This document shows, piece by piece, positions 46,400-55,716 of a DNA stretch of 64,000 nucleotides. A model generated the notes under the pieces. That model saw only the letters and a program-made list of their open reading frames with translations. It made no database searches and was not told the DNA's origin. This stretch comes from Thermoanaerobaculia bacterium (GTDB lineage: Bacteria; Acidobacteriota; Thermoanaerobaculia; UBA5066). The stretch is from positions 160,001 through 224,000 of the forward strand of contig CAVRAY010000002.1 in NCBI GenBank assembly GCA_963719225.1, read 5' to 3'. The translations under genes and the position numbers were made by a program. Position 1 is the first letter of the stretch; every line of letters starts with the position of its first letter.

Positions 46400-46440
46400 C
46401 TCTGTTCTCCTTTCTCGCGGTTTGTGACGGGCCCGAGCGA

Positions 46441-46456
46441 AGCAAGGGCCATTCCA
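46441..46456 (-). promoter_or_regulatory. sigma54 (-24/-12) promoter of the precursor array
   Basis: TGGAATGGCCCTTGCT = GG-N10-GC, ~40 nt upstream of precursor A and beside a sigma54 activator gene. Confidence 0.75.
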
Positions 46457-46591
46457 TCACTGAGAAGCAGTCGCAGGCGCGCGATGGCGGCGCATTTCAG
46501 GGCTCGACTGTCTCGTTTCAATGCGATGTCGCATCGTTTCGAGTGACCCGTTCCGAGTCGCCTCGTCGCGCTCGCTGCCGCTCGTGCCCGG

Positions 46592-47566
46592 TCACTTCGT
46601 GTCGCTGAGCTTCCTCTCGAGTCGGGCGCGGGAGATGCCGAGGGCCCGGGCTGCTCTCGTCTTGTTGCCGGAGAGCTCCCGGAGGACCCGGCGGATGTGG
46701 TTCTGCTCGACGGTTCGGAGACTCAGGTCGGTTGCGGGTGCCGGCCGCGCGGCGGAAGGCGGCGCTCCGGAGACGCCGTCGTTTTGGATCGGGACTGAGA
46801 GTTCCTCGATCACGCTGCCCTCGGTCATCGCAATGGCGGCGTGAATGACGAGGTCGAGCTCGCGCAGGTTCCCGGGCCAGTGGTACGAGAAGAGAGCATC
46901 CGCGGCCTTCTGTGAGAGGCCGGAGATGGCCCGTCCCTGCGCATGGGCGGCGCGGCGGATCGAGGCCGCGACGAGCTCGCGCAGGTCGTTCGGCCTCTCG
47001 CGCAGCGGGGGAAGGGTGACCGTGAGCCCCGCGAGCCTGTAGAAGAGGTCGCTCCGGAACTGCTCGGTGTTCGCGAACCGCGCGAGGGCGTGGCGCGTGG
47101 CCGAGATCAGCCGCACGTCCGCCGTGCGCAGGCGCTCGGAGCCGAGCCTCTCGAATTCGCCGTATTCGACCGCCCTGAGGATCTTCGCCTGGGCGAGCGG
47201 GCTCATGTCGGCGATCTCGTCGATGAAGAGGGTGCCGCCGTCGGCGATCTCGAACTTGCCGCGCACCTGCCGCTTCGCGTCCGTGAACGCGCCTTTCTCG
47301 TGGCCGAAGAGCTGGCTGTCGAGGAGCGTGTCGGAGAGGGCGGCGGCGTTGAAAGAGACGAAGGGGGCCGACGCCCTGAGAGAGGAGTTGTGGATGGCCT
47401 GGGCGAGGAGCGTCTTGCCGGTGCCTGACTCGCCGAGGAGGAGGAGCGGAAGCTCGGTCCGGCAGGCGGCGCGCGCCACGTCGAGGCACCGCCGCATCGC
47501 GGCGTCGGCTGTTCGGAAGCTCTCGAGCGTGAGGCGTGCCGCGTCGGGGAAGCTCTCCCGGGTCAC
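46592..47566 (-). CDS. sigma54-dependent activator (AAA+ and Fis HTH) lacking an N-terminal sensory domain
   Basis: GESGTGKT, LFGHEKGAFTDA, FIDEIAD, FRSDLFYRL, WPGNLREL, GNKTRAARALGISR. Confidence 0.92.
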   Translation of the reverse strand: MTRESFPDAARLTLESFRTADAAMRRCLDVARAACRTELPLLLLGESGTGKTLLAQAIHNSSLRASAPFVSFNAAALSDTLLDSQLFGHEKGAFTDAKRQVRGKFEIADGGTLFIDEIADMSPLAQAKILRAVEYGEFERLGSERLRTADVRLISATRHALARFANTEQFRSDLFYRLAGLTVTLPPLRERPNDLRELVAASIRRAAHAQGRAISGLSQKAADALFSYHWPGNLRELDLVIHAAIAMTEGSVIEELSVPIQNDGVSGAPPSAARPAPATDLSLRTVEQNHIRRVLRELSGNKTRAARALGISRARLERKLSDTK

Positions 47567-48765
47567 CGGATGTTCTCCCTCAGCTGCCGGAGCGGCTCGA
47601 AAGCGTACTCGACGAGAGTCCGACGGCCGACGACGATCCGCGCCATCCCGCGCATTCCCGCGAGGAGCGGTTTGCGCTCTCCGTCCGCCGCGACGGTTTG
47701 CTCGTCCAGGTCGACGAGGACGGGAAATGTCGCCGTCTCGCGGATCCCGACGCCGGAGGGGCTGGCCCACCGGACTGTCCCTCCGCGGACGCCATAGCGC
47801 TGGTACGGGAACGCCTCGAGGAGGAGACGAACGTTCTGGCCGGGGCGAATCCGGGCGAGGCCGCCCTGCGGAAGTGCCAGCTCGGCCTGAAGAGTTTCGG
47901 CGGAGCACGCGACCTCCGCGAGGACGTCGCCGTCACGGACCACAGCTCCTGCCCGCCTCGCCGTGACCCCGAGAACCGTGCCGTCGCAGGGAGAGTTGAC
48001 GGCCAGCTCGTTTCCAAGCCCGTCTCCGCCTGCGGAGGGCGCCTCGCCGCTGAGCGCCCCGATCCTGATTCTCGCCTGCGCGATCTTCTCTGCGAGGACC
48101 CGCTCCTCCTCGTGGAATTCCATCCCTTTGGCCGCCTCGGTGTCGCGGAGCTTTTCGATGGCGCTTCCGGTCGCGCCCCGCTCGGCCTGGAGCTGCTCGA
48201 GCTCCATCACGGCCTGGCTGTGCCGGATCTGGGCGTCGGAGCGCTCGTTCAGGCTCGCGAGCCCCTGGTCGGCGAGCTTCTTCGCGCGCTCGGACTGCTC
48301 CTTCGTCAGGACGAGCTGCTCCCTTTTCAGGGCCAGCATCCGATCGAGATAATCCGCGCGATCGGCGAGGCTCCGGGCCTCCTCGCGCCTCGCGCTCGCC
48401 TCGCTTTCGAATCTCCTCCGGGCATTGGAAAGGCTCTCGGCAAGGCCGCCGAGACCGGCTTCGAGCGCCTTCCGCTCGGACGCCCGGTCGGCGAATTCCT
48501 GTGACCGGATGGCGAAGAGCCTCGCCCCCCTGAGCACCGGGCGCCCCTCGACGGCGAGCACGTCCGTGACGGTTCCCCCGCGCGGAGCGCGGACCGGGTC
48601 GGTGCCGCGCACCGGCACCAGCGCGAACGGGGCAACGACCGTCTCCGGGACCTTGACGGCCACCGAGACGATCGCCGCGGCCACGAAGAGAGCGATCAGG
48701 ATCCAGGCGAGGCTCCGCGCGGCGAACGGCGGCGGGTCGCTCGGGAGAAACGGCGTCTCGTCCAT
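47563..48765 (-). CDS. HlyD family secretion membrane fusion protein
   Basis: Single transmembrane segment, long coiled coil, AFPYQRYG, LLAGM, YAFEPL. Confidence 0.92.
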   Translation of the reverse strand: MDETPFLPSDPPPFAARSLAWILIALFVAAAIVSVAVKVPETVVAPFALVPVRGTDPVRAPRGGTVTDVLAVEGRPVLRGARLFAIRSQEFADRASERKALEAGLGGLAESLSNARRRFESEASARREEARSLADRADYLDRMLALKREQLVLTKEQSERAKKLADQGLASLNERSDAQIRHSQAVMELEQLQAERGATGSAIEKLRDTEAAKGMEFHEEERVLAEKIAQARIRIGALSGEAPSAGGDGLGNELAVNSPCDGTVLGVTARRAGAVVRDGDVLAEVACSAETLQAELALPQGGLARIRPGQNVRLLLEAFPYQRYGVRGGTVRWASPSGVGIRETATFPVLVDLDEQTVAADGERKPLLAGMRGMARIVVGRRTLVEYAFEPLRQLRENIR

Positions 48766-51700
48766 CTAGATCCCCAGCTGCTGGCTCGAGAGGTAGTAGT
48801 AGAGGCCCTGGCGGTCCATCAGCTCGTCGTGGATCCCCTGCTCGACCAGACGCCCCTTCTCCAGCACGAGGATGACGTCCGCGTCGCGGATGGTGCTGAG
48901 CCGGTGCGCGATCACGAATGACGTCCGGCCTTCCAGAAGGCGGTCGAGGTTCTCCTTGACCGCCCGTTCCGACTCGCTGTCCAGTGAGCTGGTCGCTTCG
49001 TCGAAGATCAGCACCGGGGGCCGGTTGTAGATGGCACGCGCGATGGCGATGCGCTGCTTCTGTCCGCCGGAAAGAGCGAGGCCCGACTCGCCGACCCGGG
49101 TGTCGTAGCCCAGGGGAAACCTCTCCACGAACTCGTGGGCGCTCGCGACGCGGGCAGCCCAGAGAACCCGGTCCATGTCGGGCTCGGCGTCGCCGAAGGC
49201 GATGTTCCGCGCGATCGTCTCGTCGAAGAGGTAGTTCTCCTGGAGGACGAAGCCGACGCGCCGCCGGAGGTCCCTGTAGTTCAGCTTTTCGAGGTCCACT
49301 CCGTCGAAGAGGATCGATCCCTCGGTCGCCTCCAGGAGGCCGGAGAGGAGCTTGGCGAGCGTCGTCTTGCCGGAGCCGCTTCGGCCGACGACCGCCACCA
49401 TCTTTCCGGGCTCCACGTCGAAGGTGAGACCCTCGAGGATCTTCGGCGACTCGGGCCCGCCGTACTGGAAGCCGACGTTCCTGAGCGAGACCTTTCCCGC
49501 GAGCGTTCGGACCGGAATGAGCGCGGACCGGTCGTCGCCCTGCTCGGGGGTCTGCTCGAAGACGTCGTTCAGGCGGTCGAGGAGGACCGTGCCGTACTGG
49601 AGGTGGTCCCAGGTCGCGAGCAGGATCCCGATCGGCGCGTTCGCGAGGGCCACGAGCGCGTTGAACGCGACTAGCCCGCCGATGGTGAGCGACCCGCGCA
49701 TCACCTGGAGCGCGCCCGCCCACAGAAAGAGGGCGACCGAGAGGAAGCTCACGGCCTGGACGGCGCCCTCGTAGGTCATCACGGTGAAGTCGGCGCGAAA
49801 CTGCTTGCGGGCGAGGCCGAGGAACCGTTCCAGCATCAGCTGCCTGAGTGAGCCTTCGGCTCCGAGCGACTTGACGGTCTCGATCCCCTTGATGGTGTCG
49901 ATCTGATGGGCCGAATACTTTCCGAACGCCTCCTCGAGCGTGTCGAAGACGGGACGGAGCTTCCGCCGCGAATACCTCATCAGGAGGGCGTAGAGGGGAA
50001 CGGTCGCGAGGAAGACTCCCGCGAGGAGGGGGCTGTAGACGAACATCAGGACCACGACTGCGGCGAGCTGGGAGAGGGCGGTCAGGGAGGAGACCCCGTA
50101 CTGGACCAGGAGCTCGCGCACCTGACGGAGGCCCATGAGACGGCGCTGGATGTCCCCCGTCTTCCGCGTCGAGAAGTAGGACATCGGAAGCGACAGGAGG
50201 CGCCGGGTGATGAAGTCGAGCGTCGCGGCGTCGATCCGGACTGCGGCGAAGCTCAACAGGTATCGCTGCAGCACCATCGCCAGGGTCGAGAAAACGAGGA
50301 CGCCTCCCATCCCGAGGAGAAGAATCCGGAGCAACCCCTCGTCGCGCTCGACGAGAACCCGGTCGACGATCACCTGGCTGAAGACCGGCAGCACCATCTG
50401 CAGGATGCTGACGATCAACGCCAGAGCGGCCGCCTTCGCGAGGAGAGCGGCGTGCGGCCGAAAGAAGCGGGTGAGCCACGCGAAGCTCGAGCGTCCCACC
50501 GGAGCCTTCTCGAACGCTTCCGTGTAGTCGAAGAGGGCAGCGTAACCCGTCCACTCCTTCTCGACCTCTGCGCGCGGCAGGAGCCGGAGCCCGACCCCAG
50601 GGTCGGCCAGGCGAACGTCCGCCGGGTTCGTGTCGTAAAGGACGACCCAGTGGTTGCCGCCCCAGTGAAGGATGGCGGGGAGCGGCATCTGGTCCAGGTG
50701 CCGCGCCGAGGCCTTGACGGAGCGCGCGGCGAGTCCCAGCTCCTCGGCTCCGCGGCAGATCGCCCGGAGGCTCGTGCCGTCGGTCGATGTGAAGAGGAGC
50801 TGCCGGATCCGCGCCAGGCTCACCGCGCGGCCGAAGTGGCGACAGACCATCGCCAGGGAAGCCGCGCCGCAGTCCATCTCGTCGATCTGCCGGATGAAGC
50901 GGAAACGGCGGATCCGCCGAGCCTTCTTGGTGAACCGACCGTCCTCCGTCGCGAAGGGAGCGGCGGGCTCCTCGCCCGCTGCTTCGTCCGCCCGGCCGCC
51001 GGCATCCTCGTCGACTTGGTCCGGACCCACCTCCTCCACCGCCGCCTCCGCGGGCAGGAGCTCGTCGGCGAAGTCGAGCGGAACCGTCGCCTCCTTTCGG
51101 TAGTCGTACTGGGCGATACGCCGGCCGATGGCCGCGCGGAACCCGGGATGCGCCTCGGTGACGGCCCGGAAGGCGGTCGGGTGCAGGCTCAGGAGCCGAC
51201 AGGGCGTGACGGCCTCGACTGTGGCCTTTCTCGGTTCTCCCGTGAACGCCGAGATCTCGCCGAAGACATCGCCTTTCCGGAGGTAGGCGATGTTTCGCAG
51301 GTGCCCGTCCTCCTCGGCGAAGGCGCGAAGCCTTCCTTCCTCGACGACGAAAAGAGGTCCTTCCCCGTCTCCCTGTCGGAACACGGTCTCCCCTGCGGCG
51401 ACGGCGATCGTCTCGAACCGGTGGAGGAGCCCGGCGAGGACCGCTGGCGGAAGCGTGGAGAACGGGGTGTAGAGACGGAAGAGGTTCTGGAGGCTCCGGT
51501 ACCGGCTGTGGAGCTCCAGGCAGGTCCGGATCTCGGGATCGCCGGAGAGAAGCTCGTCGAAGGCGCTTCGGTCGAGCCGGAGGACCGTCGCGGCGCTCGA
51601 CGCGCGCACCGTGGCCTGCCGCCTGGCGGAGTCGTCCAGGAGACCCATTTCGCCGAAGCTGTCCCCGGGACGAAGCACGCCGAGCGAAACCTCCTCGCCC

Positions 51701-51942
51701 CGCTCTCCCATCTTCACCGCACGGGCTTTCCCGGCCACGAGGACGAAGAAGGCGTCCGCGGGATCGCCCTCGCGAAGGATGACGGCGCCGAAGGGAAAGG
51801 AGACGGGGACGAACTTCCCGGTCACCGCGGCGCGAGACGCAGGCGAGAGGAACTTCAGGAGCGGCAGGTCGTCGAGGAGGGCCCGCGCCGCCTCCACCTC
51901 CGGCGGGAGGGACGACTTCGCCTTGCTCTTCAAGGCTTCCAT
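48766..51942 (-). CDS. Peptidase-containing ABC transporter (2x cNMP, C39 peptidase, TMD, ATPase)
   Basis: GDSFGEMG and GDVFGEIS cNMP motifs, QIDEMDCGAASL, HWVVLYD, GRSGSGKT, LSGGQKQR, DEATSSLD. Confidence 0.95.
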   Translation of the reverse strand: MEALKSKAKSSLPPEVEAARALLDDLPLLKFLSPASRAAVTGKFVPVSFPFGAVILREGDPADAFFVLVAGKARAVKMGERGEEVSLGVLRPGDSFGEMGLLDDSARRQATVRASSAATVLRLDRSAFDELLSGDPEIRTCLELHSRYRSLQNLFRLYTPFSTLPPAVLAGLLHRFETIAVAAGETVFRQGDGEGPLFVVEEGRLRAFAEEDGHLRNIAYLRKGDVFGEISAFTGEPRKATVEAVTPCRLLSLHPTAFRAVTEAHPGFRAAIGRRIAQYDYRKEATVPLDFADELLPAEAAVEEVGPDQVDEDAGGRADEAAGEEPAAPFATEDGRFTKKARRIRRFRFIRQIDEMDCGAASLAMVCRHFGRAVSLARIRQLLFTSTDGTSLRAICRGAEELGLAARSVKASARHLDQMPLPAILHWGGNHWVVLYDTNPADVRLADPGVGLRLLPRAEVEKEWTGYAALFDYTEAFEKAPVGRSSFAWLTRFFRPHAALLAKAAALALIVSILQMVLPVFSQVIVDRVLVERDEGLLRILLLGMGGVLVFSTLAMVLQRYLLSFAAVRIDAATLDFITRRLLSLPMSYFSTRKTGDIQRRLMGLRQVRELLVQYGVSSLTALSQLAAVVVLMFVYSPLLAGVFLATVPLYALLMRYSRRKLRPVFDTLEEAFGKYSAHQIDTIKGIETVKSLGAEGSLRQLMLERFLGLARKQFRADFTVMTYEGAVQAVSFLSVALFLWAGALQVMRGSLTIGGLVAFNALVALANAPIGILLATWDHLQYGTVLLDRLNDVFEQTPEQGDDRSALIPVRTLAGKVSLRNVGFQYGGPESPKILEGLTFDVEPGKMVAVVGRSGSGKTTLAKLLSGLLEATEGSILFDGVDLEKLNYRDLRRRVGFVLQENYLFDETIARNIAFGDAEPDMDRVLWAARVASAHEFVERFPLGYDTRVGESGLALSGGQKQRIAIARAIYNRPPVLIFDEATSSLDSESERAVKENLDRLLEGRTSFVIAHRLSTIRDADVILVLEKGRLVEQGIHDELMDRQGLYYYLSSQQLGI

Positions 51943-52928
51943 AGCCACGTGACCCTGTTGTCGACCTCGCGCGCGACGAGGCCTTCGAGGAGGCTGGACT
52001 CCGCCTTTTCCTTTACCTCGGGATCGTCCGGCATCGGCGGAATCTTCGCGCGGAGCGAGACGAGCACGAACTCGTCGCCGACGCTCACCGGACCGACGAG
52101 CTCTCCCGGGCGCGCCGAGAGCAGGACGTCCCGGACCTCAGGCTCAGCCTCGTCGAGAAACTCCACGCCTTCCTCCGTGGCTTCGCCGATTTCCTCCGCC
52201 AGCCTTTCGAGGGCGACTCCCTCCTGTCGCACCGCCATCGCCGCCTCGCGCGCGGCGTCCTCGCCGGGAAGCCTCAGGACGCTGCAGTCGATGCGGGTCC
52301 AATCGGTGAGGTGCGCCTTGACCCGCGCCGCCAGCGCATCGGGAGTGAGCACCTCATCGCGAAACCGCTCGTACGAGAGCTCCAGGCGAGCGAAGACCTC
52401 CCGCCGCTCGACGAGCGTCCCGGTCGGGCCTGGTTCTTCGTCGGGAGCCTGCGTCCGTTCCTTCTCCCTTTCCCCGATCGCGGCCCGCCCCGCGAGCTGC
52501 CGCGCCAGACGCTCCAGCTCTCCGGAACACACGGCCTCGCCGAGGACGGCCAGCTCGACCTGGCGAGGATCCACCTGGGGCTTGGCCGGAAGGACGAAGT
52601 CCGGAAGGCGGTCGCGGAGGAGGCTGGCGTGAATCCAGTCGAGCCAGGTCTCCGCGTCGAGGCGCCAGCGCGCGAGCCAGCGTTCCAGCTCCTCCGCGGT
52701 GATGAGGTCCCGCTCGTACCGGAAGTCGTCCGCGGCCCCGTCGATCTCATCTTGAGGAATGACGGCTTCCGCGGCCGTGTCCGCAAAGGCGAGAAGAGCG
52801 AGGTTGTCGAGAGCCCGCTCCTCGATCTCCTTCCAGTCGCCCCGCAGCTCCGCAGCCAGGACGACGTCCTCCCACCGGAAGACCCGGCCACCCGCGCAAA
52901 ATACGTCCCGCCCGAAGAGATCCTGCAC
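51930..52928 (-). CDS. Foldase/parvulin-like accessory protein
   Basis: DDFRYERDLITAEELERWL and ARPGELVGPV resemble PPIase-like partners of cNMP-PCAT operons. Confidence 0.65.
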   Translation of the reverse strand: MQDLFGRDVFCAGGRVFRWEDVVLAAELRGDWKEIEERALDNLALLAFADTAAEAVIPQDEIDGAADDFRYERDLITAEELERWLARWRLDAETWLDWIHASLLRDRLPDFVLPAKPQVDPRQVELAVLGEAVCSGELERLARQLAGRAAIGEREKERTQAPDEEPGPTGTLVERREVFARLELSYERFRDEVLTPDALAARVKAHLTDWTRIDCSVLRLPGEDAAREAAMAVRQEGVALERLAEEIGEATEEGVEFLDEAEPEVRDVLLSARPGELVGPVSVGDEFVLVSLRAKIPPMPDDPEVKEKAESSLLEGLVAREVDNRVTWLWKP

Positions 52929-53086
52929 CTCGGCCTCGCTGGCGCCGGTCAGCCGCCCGAAAACGCGCCGCGATTCAGGACGCGCCTTTTCCCTTCAGGC
53001 GGAATAGCCGCAGCGAATGATAGGGCGATTTGAGATCGAGTCGCACCCAAATTCCGCGGCTCAGGCGCGGCGATACACGGCCACGG

Positions 53087-54097
53087 CTATGCCGCGGCGC
53101 GTGTGGCGTGCGTCGCGAAGAACTCCTCGACGGCATCGAGAAACGCCTGCGGGCTCTCGAGCGAGGCGATGCGGCGGCGCAGCTCTCCCCCGTTCGGCAG
53201 GCCGTGCGTGTACCAGCCCGTAAACGTGCGGAGCTTCCCGAGGACGGCCTTCGGCGCGTCCGCGTCGTTTCTCTGGATGAGTCGGAAGTGGTCGAGGATC
53301 ACGTCCCGCCGCTCTTCGAGCGTCGCCTGGCGATAGGGTCGGCCCTCGAGAAGCTCGGCCGCCTGCCTGAAGATCCACGGGTTCTTCATCGTCGCGCGTC
53401 CGCACATCACGGCGTCGCAGCCGGTCTCCTTGAACATCGCGAGGACGTCCTCGGGCGTCTGGACGTCGCCGTTTCCGACCACGGGAATCCTCACGGCTTC
53501 CTTGAGGCGCGCGATGCGGCTCCAGTCCGCGCGGCCCGTGTACATCTGTTTCGCCGTCCGCGCGTGGAGCGCGACGGCCGAGACACCCTCGCCTTCGCAG
53601 ATGCGGCCCAGCTCGAGGTAGTTGATCGTGTCGTCCGTCACGCCGAGCCGGAATTTCACCGTGAGAGGCGTCGTGGGGAGCGACTTCCGGCAGGCTCCGA
53701 TGATTTCCTTCGCCCGTCCGAGATCGCGCATGAGCCCCGCTCCCGCGCAGCCCTTCAGAACCTTGTTCGCGGGGCACCCCATGTTGATGTCGCAGACGTC
53801 CACGCCCATCTCCTCGACGCGCTCGGCGGCGATCTCCATTCTGGCGGCGTCCGCTCCGTAAATCTGAACGGAGAGCGGACGCTCGGCGGGATCGAAACGA
53901 AGCAGCCTCTCCGTCTTGCGGTTTCCGCGCGTCAGACCTTCGGACGAGACGAATTCCATGGTCACGAGGCCCACCCCCCCGATGCGCCGGAGGAGGAGCC
54001 GGTAGGTCATGTCCGTGATTCCCGCCATCGGGGCGAGGATCAGCGGCGGATCGACGGCACAGGGACGCGTCCCGGCGCCGCCGTAGACGAGGGCCAT
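53087..54097 (-). CDS. dusB: tRNA-dihydrouridine synthase B
   Basis: LAPMAGITD, DINMGCP, GNGDV, MCGR. Confidence 0.9.
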   Translation of the reverse strand: MALVYGGAGTRPCAVDPPLILAPMAGITDMTYRLLLRRIGGVGLVTMEFVSSEGLTRGNRKTERLLRFDPAERPLSVQIYGADAARMEIAAERVEEMGVDVCDINMGCPANKVLKGCAGAGLMRDLGRAKEIIGACRKSLPTTPLTVKFRLGVTDDTINYLELGRICEGEGVSAVALHARTAKQMYTGRADWSRIARLKEAVRIPVVGNGDVQTPEDVLAMFKETGCDAVMCGRATMKNPWIFRQAAELLEGRPYRQATLEERRDVILDHFRLIQRNDADAPKAVLGKLRTFTGWYTHGLPNGGELRRRIASLESPQAFLDAVEEFFATHATRAAA

Positions 54098-54107
54098 ACC
54101 CGGAAGT

Positions 54108-54986
54108 TTACTGACCCGTGGCCTTCGCGGCCGGCGCCGCTCCCGGCGCTGCGGGGTTCGCCGAGCCCTCGACCTCGAAGGAGCCCTGGTAGAGCGCGAA
54201 CGCGCCCGGCACGACCTTCTGCTCGCGCGTGAGGCCGACGACGTACGCGTGCCGCCCCTCAGCGAGGTTCTCGATCCAAACGGGGTCCGCCTTCGTGAGC
54301 GTCACCTCGGGCTGCGTGTCGAGCTTGTAGCGCAGGCGACATGTGTCGGGCACGGTCTGCTCGGCGACGGGACAGCCGGTGACGAGGACGTCGAGGAGGA
54401 CTTTCCCGGCCGCGCCTTTCACCTTGCCGCGCGGAGAGACGATCGTGAGCACCGGCGTACCCGGCTCGACCGTATTCTTGCCGTCCTTTTCGCCGACGTG
54501 GAACGTGACCATCGCGAGAGCCGAAGGCTCCTTGATGGCCTCGCCCCACGGCCGGACGGGGAAGATCCTCACGGTGTGCGTACCCCTCGGGAGGCTCTTG
54601 AACGTGTACGGCTTCGTCGCATCGTGCCAGGGGAACATGACGCTGATGTTGTCGACGAGGATCTCCAGGTGCTGCCCGCTCTTCGTCGCCTCGTCCTGGA
54701 ACGTCTCGAAGTTCGTGAGCTCCACCTTGAGAGTGACCGGCGCTCCCTTTGCGGGGGGCTGACCGGCCTCGGGCTGCGGCACCGGGATGACTTCATCCGG
54801 AGCGGGCGCCACGATCTTGAGCGTGACCGGCCCGGTCGGGCCGCGCCCGTCCGCGAAGCCCTGCAACGGCGACTTCGGATCCTTCGGGGTCGCCGTCTGG
54901 GCCGAGAGAGGCCGGACGAGGACGAATGCGAGGCCCAGGGCGAGGATCTTGACCACGCGTGAGAGAGTCGGGTTCGCTGTATTCAT
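54108..54986 (-). CDS. Secreted hypothetical protein with two Ig-like repeats
   Basis: Signal peptide; GQHLEILVDN, GTHTVRIF. Confidence 0.65.
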   Translation of the reverse strand: MNTANPTLSRVVKILALGLAFVLVRPLSAQTATPKDPKSPLQGFADGRGPTGPVTLKIVAPAPDEVIPVPQPEAGQPPAKGAPVTLKVELTNFETFQDEATKSGQHLEILVDNISVMFPWHDATKPYTFKSLPRGTHTVRIFPVRPWGEAIKEPSALAMVTFHVGEKDGKNTVEPGTPVLTIVSPRGKVKGAAGKVLLDVLVTGCPVAEQTVPDTCRLRYKLDTQPEVTLTKADPVWIENLAEGRHAYVVGLTREQKVVPGAFALYQGSFEVEGSANPAAPGAAPAAKATGQ

Positions 54987-55086
54987 GGCGGAACGCGCAC
55001 TCCTTACAAGCTGATGTCCCGTCTGCCTGACGGCATCTCGGGTCGGGGAGGATACCAGCAAGAACGGGGCCGGCTCGAAAGCCCCC

Positions 55087-55716
55087 TCAGAACCGCTTCC
55101 AGCCGCTCGGAACCGTGAACAGGCCGGGATCAGCCCCCACTCGCACGTTCGTCAACGTCACGGTCGATTTCCGCGTCGTCCCGTTCGGTTCGCTCGTTTC
55201 GCGGTCGTAACGCGTCACGAGGCCGTCGAGGTCCGCCGTCACCCAGTATGTCGTCGTCGGTGACCCGGGCACCGCAGGATCGTCGTCGAACCGCCAGAGC
55301 GCGCACACGTGACCTGCGAACACCTCGTCTCCTTCACGATGGTAAATGGTGAGGTTTCGCCGCGCCGCCTCCGCTTTTTCGTCGAATCCCGGGGCAAGCG
55401 GGATTCCGCCGGGAAGCTCGCCGGCCGCCTCCGCGAACGGCACGTCCCGCGCCGTCTTCGAGGCCGGATCGAGGCGAAACGCCTTGCGGGCCGCCAGGTC
55501 GAGGACGAGCGCCGGGCCGTCCGCGGGTCCCTTGCGCCTGAGGTCGCGCAGCACAGCGAGGTCGAACGCGGCCTTCTCGACGCCGTCGGTCTTCAGCGTC
55601 ACGCGCGCGCGGTACCCGTGCGTCTTGGTGCGTGGAGGCGCGCCGAAAGGATCGGCGGCGCAGCCCGAAAGAAGCACGACGAGGACCCCCGGAAAAAAGG
55701 GCGGAGGCCGCCTCAA
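55087..55716 (-). CDS. Hypothetical lipoprotein (DUF4412-like)
   Basis: LLSGC lipobox, EVFAGHVC, DPGLFTVPSGW. Confidence 0.6.
   Translation of the reverse strand: MRRPPPFFPGVLVVLLSGCAADPFGAPPRTKTHGYRARVTLKTDGVEKAAFDLAVLRDLRRKGPADGPALVLDLAARKAFRLDPASKTARDVPFAEAAGELPGGIPLAPGFDEKAEAARRNLTIYHREGDEVFAGHVCALWRFDDDPAVPGSPTTTYWVTADLDGLVTRYDRETSEPNGTTRKSTVTLTNVRVGADPGLFTVPSGWKRF

Noticed and set aside
41373-46430. CRISPR array or integron cassette array
   Set aside because: The repeats are long, degenerate and protein-coding with an RBS; no cas genes, integrase or attC-like hairpins seen.
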